This document shows positions 28,507 through 36,350 of a stretch of 64,000 nucleotides of DNA, piece after piece. The stretch covers positions 532-64,531 of the forward strand of contig JAPOVS010000019.1 in the NCBI GenBank assembly GCA_026708055.1, read 5' to 3'. The position numbers and the translations under genes are program-made. Each line of letters starts with the position of its first letter. Within the stretch, counting starts at the first letter, position 1. The notes beneath the pieces were generated by a model that did no database searches, was not told where the DNA came from, and worked only from the letters and a program-made list of their open reading frames with translations. This DNA comes from a bacterium. Its GTDB lineage: Bacteria; Actinomycetota; Acidimicrobiia; Acidimicrobiales; CATQHL01.

Positions 28507-28544
28507 CAAGGGGGGCGGATTCCTTCACCGGGTCGCCCCCCTTG
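28507..28544 (+). terminator. Hairpin downstream of the CBS gene
   Basis: CAAGGGGGGCG-16 nt-CGCCCCCCTTG forms an 11-bp stem. No U-tract follows. Confidence 0.35.
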
Positions 28545-28699
28545 GACGTTCAGGCCGTCACTGCGTCACCGTCGGGGTTCGGATGCACGTACCGACCAGC
28601 GCCCGCACGGGCGCCGCCGCGTCGAGGAGAGCGAGCGGGTGGATCCTCGGCCGAGTGCCGCGCAGCTCGACGGTCGGCTGCGGTCGGACGGCGGAGTCG

Positions 28700-28734
28700 A
28701 AAAAGAGAAGACCCGGCCCCCGCAGGGACCGGGT
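28700..28734 (-). terminator. Intrinsic terminator downstream of the NYN fragment
   Basis: On the - strand: ACCCGGTCCC-TGCG-GGGGCCGGGT (10-bp stem, 1 mismatch) followed by CTTCTCTTTTT. Confidence 0.55.
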
Positions 28735-28800
28735 GGGTGACATTCAGTATAGCGAACTGTCGCGGTCGGCGCAACAACCCGATGTCGGCCGGAGCGGCCA

Positions 28801-29112
28801 CTACCAGGCTGCCGGCTTCCGGGCAGCGCCGACCAAGTTGGGCAGTTGGTGGTCGAAGAAGTCCTCGGCCGTGAGCCGGTACCACCAGTGTCCGCCGACA
28901 CCGTCGCGTGGCGAGCCCCTGAGGCCCCTCGCGGTGGGCCGCCCGCGCGGGTTCACCGTGCCGGTCGGAACGCGACTCCGAGCATGCTGCGCGGGGAGAC
29001 GCAAGTCGCTGTCGTTTGAGATCAGCACGGCCGCGTCGATCTCCTGCGTGTGGACGTCGATCAGCAGATGCGACGCCACGTTGACGTCCGACCCCTTCTC
29101 GTCGGCCGCCGC
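28801..29112 (-). pseudogene. C-terminal half of a NYN-domain protein (N-terminal half missing)
   Basis: …EKGSDVNVASHLLIDVHTQEIDAAVLISNDSDLRLP… matches the conserved NYN core. Upstream it is fused in frame to an IS481-type N-terminus. Confidence 0.6.
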
Positions 29113-29211
29113 GACGCTCCAGCCCTCCTCGAGCATCAACCCGGCCATCGCCCGCCGCGCCGCCAGCGTCAGCTTGGCGTTGCGGTGCTGTGTGATCTGT
29201 GCCATGAGCCC
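29113..29211 (-). mobile_element. IS481-family transposase 5' remnant (first ~33 codons)
   Basis: AAGGAGGG RBS followed by ATG. MAQITQHRNAKLTLAARRAMAGLMLEEGWSVAA resembles the N-terminal HTH region of an IS481 transposase. No DDE domain follows. Confidence 0.5.
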
Positions 29212-29369
29212 TCCTTGGGAGCCGTGGACTGTTACAGACCCACAGCATCGCCCGGAGGGCTCACCCCAACGGGGACCCCTCGATCCCCTCAACCCAGGGA
29301 CAACCTCCCCGGTTGTCACAGCTAGCTTCCGGAGTTGGCGGTCCGGCGGCCGTGACCGCCCTTCGTTCA

Positions 29370-29525
29370 CCCGGCCCCCCGACAGACCCACCACCCGCGG
29401 CCCCTGAGCCCCACATGCCACGAGCACCGACCGGCGGCCCCTGGGCTTCCCCGTGCGCGTCACCAGAGTGTCGCAGACGCCCGCCGAGCCCCAGAAGGGG
29501 ACGACGAGGGGGACGGACCTGCTAG
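29370..29525 (+). repeat. Direct repeat R1 copy B (HNH 3'-end/3'-flank fragment)
   Basis: Aligns with 14220-14427 (see copy A). Confidence 0.9.
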
Positions 29526-29561
29526 ACCTGGGTGTCGTGTCCCGGACATGAGGAGTTGCCG

Positions 29562-30098
29562 ATGCCTGCGACCGTCCACACGCTGAAGGTCACTCTGCGC
29601 GACGTGAGGCCGCCGGTGTGGCGGCTGCTGGAGGTTCCCTCGGAGATGACGCTCGGCGAGCTGTCGGGCGCGTTGGTGTGGGCAATGGGGTGGGAGGGCT
29701 ACCATCTTCACGTCTTCACCGCCGACGGCACCGCATACTGGCCGCCCGGCAACGACGACTGGTTCGGCGGTTACGAGGACGAGTCCCGGCACCGGGTCGG
29801 CGATGTGCTGCCGCGCAGTCGGATGACGATGGAGTGGGAGTACGACATGGGTGATTCCTGGAACCATGACATCGTCGTGCAATCCATCGCGCCGGCCGGT
29901 CCCGGGGTGACTCTGCCGCGCTGCACCGACGGCGGCGGTGCCTGTCCGCCCGAGGACTGCGGCGGCGCGTGGGGTTATGCCGATCTGCTGGACGCTCTCG
30001 GCAATGCCGGCCATCCTCGCCACGGCGAGGCCGTCGAGATTCTCGGTGAGGGCTACGACCCCAGCCACTTCCGCCCACCCGAACGGCGTCGCGGGTAG
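29562..30098 (+). CDS. Plasmid pRiA4b ORF-3-like family protein
   Basis: …LKVTLRDVRPPVWRLLEVPSEMTLGELSGALVWAMGWEGYHLHVF… and …CPPEDCGGAWGY… are hallmark motifs of this family. GAGGAG RBS precedes the ATG at 29562. Confidence 0.8.
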   Translation: MPATVHTLKVTLRDVRPPVWRLLEVPSEMTLGELSGALVWAMGWEGYHLHVFTADGTAYWPPGNDDWFGGYEDESRHRVGDVLPRSRMTMEWEYDMGDSWNHDIVVQSIAPAGPGVTLPRCTDGGGACPPEDCGGAWGYADLLDALGNAGHPRHGEAVEILGEGYDPSHFRPPERRRG

Positions 30099-30596
30099 GC
30101 GCCGTATTGGCCGGATTGTGGGAGGTGGGCGGCGACGCGGTTCAGGTGCAGAGGGCGGCCCGCGGCGACGAACCGGTACGTCACAGGGCACCGCTCATGT
30201 CGACGGCCTGCGATTCTTGTCGCCGCCGTCCCCAACGACAGGAATCGCACGTAATTCAGGTTGCCGTGATCGACCGATCCGGCCTTCGTTGAGCGAGGAT
30301 GTCTGGCAAGTGCACATCCCAGGCTGACATGAGTTGCCGGGGCGGCTGCCCCGGCCTTCGTTGAGCACATGTCGCGTTGGTGCGTCCAAGTCGGATGTGC
30401 CGTCAAGGTTCGCCGCCCCGCTGAGTCGTCCGCCGGCTCTGAGTGCCTCGGCGGCCGACAACCGCCGGTGCAGCGGTTGGCGATCGCAGGTACAGGACGA
30501 CCATGGTGGGCACGACGTCGGGCAGCATGCGTGCCCGAGGTTTCTCCGATGGCTGGAAGATGAATTCCTGTAGCCGTGATTCGGATGGAGAAGATC

Positions 30597-30790
30597 ATGA
30601 TCATTTCCGAGCGAGGCCAGATCACCATTCCCGAGGTCTGCGTGATCGCTTCGGCCTGAACCACAACGTCGAGGTGGAGATCACACCGATGCCCGGGCAG
30701 ACTCCGCGGCCAACTCCCGCGGGTGCAGATCGTAAGGCGCGCCTACAGATTTCGCTGTTGCAGGGCAGCTCCGTCACCGGGTGCGTCTGA
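30597..30790 (+). pseudogene. AbrB/SpoVT-type antitoxin gene with a frameshift
   Basis: Frame 1 gives MIISERGQITIPE… and stops at ~30657. A shifted frame continues with …LRDRFGLNHNVEVEI…. Together these make the canonical SpoVT/AbrB fold motif. No toxin gene follows. Confidence 0.6.
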
Positions 30791-30892
30791 CCCTGAGGAA
30801 CGACTCCAGGTCGCCCCAGGCGTTAGGGGCGTCCAGCGCGCAAAGGCCGCCGGCGAGGCTCGGTTCCCGCCTGCGGCCCCGTGCGCTACTGC

Positions 30893-32512
30893 TCAGTTCA
30901 TCGACGTCCAGATGAGTTCGTCGCCGTCGTACAGCTTCGGGATGACGGTGACGTCAATCATCGACCGCCAGTCGGGAAGTTCGTCGAAGACCCCCAACTC
31001 GACCAGCACCTCCATCTCCCTGCCCAGGCCGGCTACGTTGAACTGACCGATGACGAGACCCTCAGGCGTCACTTCCTCGATGCTCTTCTGATCCGTCGTC
31101 CAGCGGAACAACTCGTGCTCGCGGGCGAAGAACAGGTTGTTTCCGGCGGCTTCGATTCGCTCGAAGGCGTGGTCGAGGGCCGCCTCGGGGTTCTCGGCCG
31201 CGAAGTAGTAGCCCCGGAGCCCGGCCCGCACGAAATCCTCCACGGCCGTCGGGTGCGCCTCGTAGAAGTCGCGTCTCGTGGCGATGACGGCGAAGCTGGC
31301 CGGCACGTCGTAGTCCAGCGGGTCGAATGTGATGTAGTCGATGCCCGCCAGGTCGAGCCAGCGCGGCTCGTTCGAGCGGTAGACGGGCAGCGCGTCGATG
31401 CCGAGGGCGAAGTGCTCGACGGGGTTGAAGCCCTCGAGCAGCAACTCGGTGAACTCGCCTCGCTGCAGACCTTCCTCCGCCATCATCGCCTGGATGGCGA
31501 CGGGGAGGTCACCCTTGATGCCGACCGTCTTGCCCCGGATGTCGGCCAAGCTCGTGATGCCCGAGTCCGGGGAGACGAGGAGCTGGTTGATCGCCGTGTG
31601 TCCCAACTGGCCGAAGCCCACCAGTTCGACATCGCCGGCCAGGTTGGCGCGGACGAGTGAGCCGAAATCGGGCGCGTCGGCCACCTGGACGGTGCCGGCC
31701 GCCACTGCGGCGAGGTGGCCGGGGGCGAAGCCGGGCTGGACCTCCACGTCGAGGCACATGTCGTCGAAGTAGCCCTCGGCCTCGGCGACGACGTTCTCGA
31801 TGATCCCCGCCGCGGCGGCGAAGTCGAAGCCCGTCATGAACACCATTTTCCCCGCGGCCCGGTTGGCCTCGCAGCGCTCGGGGGTGCCGAAGGCGGGAAG
31901 CCCGTCGGGGCCCAACGCTGCGTCGGCGGCGAGTGCCTCAGCGGCCGCCGCGGCCGCTGCCTCGGCGGCGGCGACCTCCTCGGCAGCCGCTTGGGCCGCG
32001 CTGCGAGCCTCTTCCGCTTCGGCCTGGGCGCGTGCGGCTTCTTCCTGCGCGGCCGCAGCCTGGGCCTCGGCGCTCGCGGCCTCGGCCTGCGCGGCGGATG
32101 CCGCGTCCTGTGCCGCTGCAAGCGCCGCTTCCGCGGCGGCGAGATCGGCCTCGTTGCCTTCGGCCGCCGCCCTCGCAACGTCGGCGGCAGCGATCGCTTC
32201 GGCGGCCAGAGCGGCTGCGGCGGCCGCTTCCGCGGCGGCGGCCTCGGCTTCGGCGGCCGCCGCGGAGGCCTCGGCGTCGGCCGCGGACGCCTCGGCGCGT
32301 GCTGTCTGGGCCTCGCTCAGCGCGGCTCCCGCGTCGCTCTGCGCCGCCGCCGCGTCGCTCTGTGCAGCGGCCGCGGCACTGGCGGCGGCGTCCACCGCGG
32401 CCATCGTGTCTGCGTCATCGTCTTCGGCGCACGAGGCAGCGACCAATGCGAGGACACAGGTCAATGCGACACAGGTCCACCGGACACCATGTCGTGTAGA
32501 GAGTCTTAGCAT
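30893..32512 (-). CDS. NMT1/THI5-like (NitT/TauT family) ABC substrate-binding lipoprotein with long Ala/Glu-rich spacer
   Basis: MLRLS…LALVAASCAEDDD gives a lipobox. This is followed by ~170 aa of A/E/Q/S low complexity and then the SBP body. The last 258 nt are R2 copy B. Confidence 0.85.
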   Translation of the reverse strand: MLRLSTRHGVRWTCVALTCVLALVAASCAEDDDADTMAAVDAAASAAAAAQSDAAAAQSDAGAALSEAQTARAEASAADAEASAAAAEAEAAAAEAAAAAALAAEAIAAADVARAAAEGNEADLAAAEAALAAAQDAASAAQAEAASAEAQAAAAQEEAARAQAEAEEARSAAQAAAEEVAAAEAAAAAAAEALAADAALGPDGLPAFGTPERCEANRAAGKMVFMTGFDFAAAAGIIENVVAEAEGYFDDMCLDVEVQPGFAPGHLAAVAAGTVQVADAPDFGSLVRANLAGDVELVGFGQLGHTAINQLLVSPDSGITSLADIRGKTVGIKGDLPVAIQAMMAEEGLQRGEFTELLLEGFNPVEHFALGIDALPVYRSNEPRWLDLAGIDYITFDPLDYDVPASFAVIATRRDFYEAHPTAVEDFVRAGLRGYYFAAENPEAALDHAFERIEAAGNNLFFAREHELFRWTTDQKSIEEVTPEGLVIGQFNVAGLGREMEVLVELGVFDELPDWRSMIDVTVIPKLYDGDELIWTSMN

Positions 32513-32587
32513 TGCTCGGCTTCCCCCTTGTACTGTCGCCGATCGGGTTGCCACTGAATCCTGCCATAGTTCCGGCGTATTCGCCCT

Positions 32588-33445
32588 TCAGCGAGCCGTC
32601 GCCGATCCGCCGGGGAGATCCTGGGAACTATGCCACCGTAATACCCGAGCCTCGAGAGCCGCAAGAAGCAGGTACCCGATCACGCCGATGACAGCGAGAG
32701 CGAAGATGGAGCCCCAGAGCTGGTCGATGAGCAGCCGCGTCTGGCCCACGCGGGCGGTGTTCCCGAGACCCTCGGTGGAGCCGCCGAACATCTCGCCGAT
32801 GACCGCTCCGATGAGCGACAGACCCACGCAGAGGCGTCCCGCCGAGAACAGGTAGGGCAGAGACTGGGGGAACCGCAGCTTGAGGAAGATCTCCGTCCTG
32901 CTGGCAGACACGGAGCGCAGCAACTCGTAGGCGTTCGGATCCACCGATCGCAGCCCGGTGAACTCGTTGATCGTGAAGGGGATGTAGCAGATCACGGTGG
33001 CGACCAGGACCTTGGGCCAGACGCTGAAACCGAACCAGATCAGGAACACCGGTGCCAGAACCGCCACGGGCGTGCACTGCAGGAGGACGATCACGGGCAT
33101 CGAGGCGCGCTCCACGAAGCGCGAGTGCGCCATCAACGTGGCCACGACGAGCGCCGCGCCGAGGGCGAGTCCGTATCCCAAGCCCGCTTCGAGCAGCGTG
33201 ACCCGCGCGTGGCGCCCGTAGAAGCCCGCCTGGTCGATGACGTGCACGACGATGTCGATCGGCGTCGGCAGCGTCAGGCGGGAGATATCGAAGACCCGCA
33301 CGTAGAACTCCCAGATGGCGAACACCACGGCGATACCCACGACCGGTGCCCCGAGCATCGCCGACCGGCGGAGGCGCTGCGGGCGCTGGGGGGGAGGCTG
33401 CTTCGCTGCGCCGGCGCCGTCGGCTTGGGTGGTACCGGTGGTCAT
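32588..33445 (-). CDS. ABC transporter permease (NitT/TauT family)
   Basis: 285 aa from the ATG that overlaps the ATPase stop. Multi-TM, with a binding-protein-dependent permease signature region. Confidence 0.88.
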   Translation of the reverse strand: MTTGTTQADGAGAAKQPPPQRPQRLRRSAMLGAPVVGIAVVFAIWEFYVRVFDISRLTLPTPIDIVVHVIDQAGFYGRHARVTLLEAGLGYGLALGAALVVATLMAHSRFVERASMPVIVLLQCTPVAVLAPVFLIWFGFSVWPKVLVATVICYIPFTINEFTGLRSVDPNAYELLRSVSASRTEIFLKLRFPQSLPYLFSAGRLCVGLSLIGAVIGEMFGGSTEGLGNTARVGQTRLLIDQLWGSIFALAVIGVIGYLLLAALEARVLRWHSSQDLPGGSATAR

Positions 33446-34329
33446 CGGGCCGACACCTCGCCGAGGGCGCGGCGCACGTTGCGCATGTGCACCAGGTAAC
33501 GCTCGTCGTCCTCCATCGCCGCCGACCGGGGTCGGGGCAGGGAGATCGTCTCGGTATGGACGATCCGGCCCGGTTGTGTCGCCATCACGAGGACTCGGTC
33601 GGAGAGGATCACCGCCTCGGGGATGCTGTGGGTGACGAAGATCACCGTGTGGCCGGTGTGCTCCCACAGATCCAGCAGGAGGTAGCGCATCTCGTTGCGG
33701 GTTATCTCGTCGAGAGCCGAGAAGGGCTCGTCCATAAGCAGCACGGGTGCCCCGAGCGCGAAGCAGCGCACCAGTGAGACGCGCTGCTGCATGCCGCCCG
33801 ACAGTTCCTTGGGGAGCAGGTCCAGGAAGTCACCCAGGCCGACGGTCTCCAGGAGTCTGAGTGTGTCGGCCTCGCTGAGGGGCGGGTGCACGGCGCCCCG
33901 CCGGTTCACCTCGGCCAGCAGCGTGACGTTCCGGCGCACGGTCCGCCAGCCCAGGAGTGACGGTGTCTGCGGGGCGAACCCGATCTGTTTCGTGTCGCGC
34001 GCGGTTGCCGGACTGGCGCCGTCGACCTCGACGGTGCCGGTTTCGTAGGCCAGGAGCCCGCCCACGACGCGCAGCAGAGTGGACTTGCCGCAGCCGCTCG
34101 GCCCGATGAGGCTGACGAACTCGCCCGGTTGGATCTCGATGTCGATTCCGTCGAGCGCGTGCAGGAAGCTGCGACCGGTGCGGAACCACTTCGAGACGTC
34201 CCGGATGGACACGGGGGCGCCGATCCTGCGCGGGGTGGATCCACCGCCGGTGAGGGCATCCGTGTGGCTACCACCGACGGTCGAACGTCGCACGGCGCCA
34301 TCGTAAGCGCCGCGGCATCGGTGCGTCAC
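33442..34329 (-). CDS. ABC transporter ATP-binding protein (NitT/TauT family)
   Basis: Walker A GPSGCGKST, signature LSGGMQQRVSLVR, Walker B LLMDEP. Start uncertain (ORF maximum given). Confidence 0.9.
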   Translation of the reverse strand: MTHRCRGAYDGAVRRSTVGGSHTDALTGGGSTPRRIGAPVSIRDVSKWFRTGRSFLHALDGIDIEIQPGEFVSLIGPSGCGKSTLLRVVGGLLAYETGTVEVDGASPATARDTKQIGFAPQTPSLLGWRTVRRNVTLLAEVNRRGAVHPPLSEADTLRLLETVGLGDFLDLLPKELSGGMQQRVSLVRCFALGAPVLLMDEPFSALDEITRNEMRYLLLDLWEHTGHTVIFVTHSIPEAVILSDRVLVMATQPGRIVHTETISLPRPRSAAMEDDERYLVHMRNVRRALGEVSAR

Positions 34330-34484
34330 GGCCGGTCGGACTCCTTGGAGTTCTCGGCCCGCAGTGGGCTACGGTTGCCGGTGCCTGCTCGGGAGGCGGC
34401 CGGGCGCCGCCGGCAGAGCGCTCGTTCGTACCCGACGGGCCAATCCGGCGGGACCGTCACCGGGCGGTGGAGGAAGGAGGCCTC

Positions 34485-35477
34485 TTGGCTGCCGGACTGA
34501 TCGACGTGCATTCGCACCACTACCCCGACAGCTACCTCGACGCCTGCCGGCGTCCCGACAGCGGCCTCGAGCACTACGTCCGCGACGACGGCCGCCTGGT
34601 CGTGCTGCAGGACGGGGCGGTGGCTGCCGCCGTTCCGCAACCGCTGCCCGGAATGGACCACCGCCTGGCACTCATGGACGAGGTGAACGTGGAGGTCCAG
34701 GTGCTGTCGGTGTCGGCTCCCAACGTCTTCCGCCTGCCGGCGCCGCTGCGCGTCCCGCTGACCCGCGACCTGAACGACGAGCTCGACGACCTGACGGGAG
34801 CCTCCGGCGGGCGGCTGAGGTTCTTCGCCAACCTGCCACTTCCCGACATCGACGCCTCGCTCGCCGAACTGGACCGCGTGCTGCAGCGACCCCGGGTCGT
34901 GGGCGTGATGCTCTGCACCACAGTGGATCGGCGCACGCTCGACGACCCGTTCCTGGGGCCCCTCTGGGAGGAGCTGTCCCGGCACCAGGCCGTGGTGTTC
35001 GTCCATCCCACCACGGCCTGCTGCACCGAGGGATTGAGCGACTTCGCGCTGTCGCTCGCGCTGGACTTCCTCGCCGAGACCACCAACGCCGTCGGCCGGC
35101 TGCTCTACTCGGGGACCCTCGAGCGTTACCCGGGGATCCGCTGGATCTTCACGCACCTGGGCGGGACGATCCCGTTCGTGCACCACCGCTTCGACAACTA
35201 CGCCGGCCAGTTCCCCGAGTGCCGACGCCACATCACGCGCAAGCCATCGGAGCAGTTGCGCGAACTGTTCTTCGACACGGTCAGCACCCACCCCGCCGCC
35301 ATGCGCTGCGCCTTCGAGACGTTCCCGGTCTCACAGTTCGTCTTCGGCACCGACTACCCGCACGTGCCGGGTGCCCTGCGCGTCTTCGTGGAAACCCTGG
35401 AAGCGGCGGGGCTGTCCGCCGAGGACCTGGCCAGGGTGAGCCGACACAACGCCGTGGAGTTGCTGGGAATCGAGTGA
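34485..35477 (+). CDS. Amidohydrolase_2 family protein (ACMSD-like decarboxylase/hydrolase)
   Basis: …LIDVHSHHYP… metal motif. A TTG start at 34485 lies 4 nt after GGAGGAAGGAGG (alternative GTG at 34467). Confidence 0.8.
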   Translation: MAAGLIDVHSHHYPDSYLDACRRPDSGLEHYVRDDGRLVVLQDGAVAAAVPQPLPGMDHRLALMDEVNVEVQVLSVSAPNVFRLPAPLRVPLTRDLNDELDDLTGASGGRLRFFANLPLPDIDASLAELDRVLQRPRVVGVMLCTTVDRRTLDDPFLGPLWEELSRHQAVVFVHPTTACCTEGLSDFALSLALDFLAETTNAVGRLLYSGTLERYPGIRWIFTHLGGTIPFVHHRFDNYAGQFPECRRHITRKPSEQLRELFFDTVSTHPAAMRCAFETFPVSQFVFGTDYPHVPGALRVFVETLEAAGLSAEDLARVSRHNAVELLGIE

Positions 35478-35648
35478 GTCGCGTCGAGGGAGCGGGCCGG
35501 GGGGCCGATTCGCGACGCCTTGCGCCCGCGCCGAAGGAGCGAACGGCACCCCGGCCCCCAACCGGGCGGCCACTCCGATGGCCGGTATCGGAGCGGTGAT
35601 GGTAATTTCCGGTCGTGCGGAGAACCACGTAACGGCGCGGGGGGACTC

Positions 35649-36350
35649 ATGCCGCAACCCACCGATGTATCCGATTTCGTCAAGGAGCGGCTGGCGCTCA
35701 TACGAGGCGAGTTGCGGCTGTACAACGATCTGCGGCCCACCGAGACGGCCTTCGTCGTCATCGACATGCAGAACGCCTTCGTGGCCGAGGGTGGCGTCAT
35801 CGAGGTGCCGGCCAGCCGGGAGATCATCCCGGTGATCAACCGCATGGCCGCCGAGTGCCGGGAGCTGGGCGTGCCAGTGATCTGGATCCGCTCGCACCAC
35901 CCCAAGGGCGGCTCCGACTGGCGCCACTTCTTCGACCACTTCGTGCGCCCGGAACGGCGGGAGGCGGCCGCCGCGGCACTCTCCGACGACGCCCCGAGTT
36001 CGCGCTTCCATCCCGACATGGACATCCACGACGAGGACTACATCGTCTTCAAGAACCGGTACTCGTGCCTCATCCCGGGTTCGTCGTCGCTGGAGCGGCT
36101 GGTGCGCAGCCTGGGCTGCGACACCCTGTTGCTCGCCGGCACCAAGACGAACATCTGCGTCGAGTCGACGGCCCGGGACGCCATGATGCTGGACTTCCGG
36201 GTCGTGGTCCTCAGCGACGCCACCGCCGCGCTCACCGACGAGGAGCACCAGGCCTCGCTCAACGTCCTGATCCAGGAGTTCGCCGACATCCTCGTCACCG
36301 ACGAGGTGGTCGAGGAGTTGCGTGCCAACGCCGGAGGTGCCGACCGATGA
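35649..36350 (+). CDS. Isochorismatase-family cysteine hydrolase/amidase
   Basis: …TAFVVIDMQNAFV… and …LLLAGTKTNICVESTARDA… are the catalytic Asp/Lys/Cys-type motifs. Confidence 0.85.
   Translation: MPQPTDVSDFVKERLALIRGELRLYNDLRPTETAFVVIDMQNAFVAEGGVIEVPASREIIPVINRMAAECRELGVPVIWIRSHHPKGGSDWRHFFDHFVRPERREAAAAALSDDAPSSRFHPDMDIHDEDYIVFKNRYSCLIPGSSSLERLVRSLGCDTLLLAGTKTNICVESTARDAMMLDFRVVVLSDATAALTDEEHQASLNVLIQEFADILVTDEVVEELRANAGGADR

Noticed and set aside
28397-29407. 336-aa + strand ORF and 232-aa minus-strand ORF across 28.4-29.4 kb
   Set aside because: They are Arg-rich and lack domains. They overlap the NYN/IS481 remnants and two hairpin terminators, so they are most likely noncoding or antisense.
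31800-32855. 351-aa Ala/Ser-rich ORF on the + strand
   Set aside because: It is the antisense image of the Ala/Glu-rich linker of the minus-strand SBP gene. It has no start context and continues into antisense of the permease gene.
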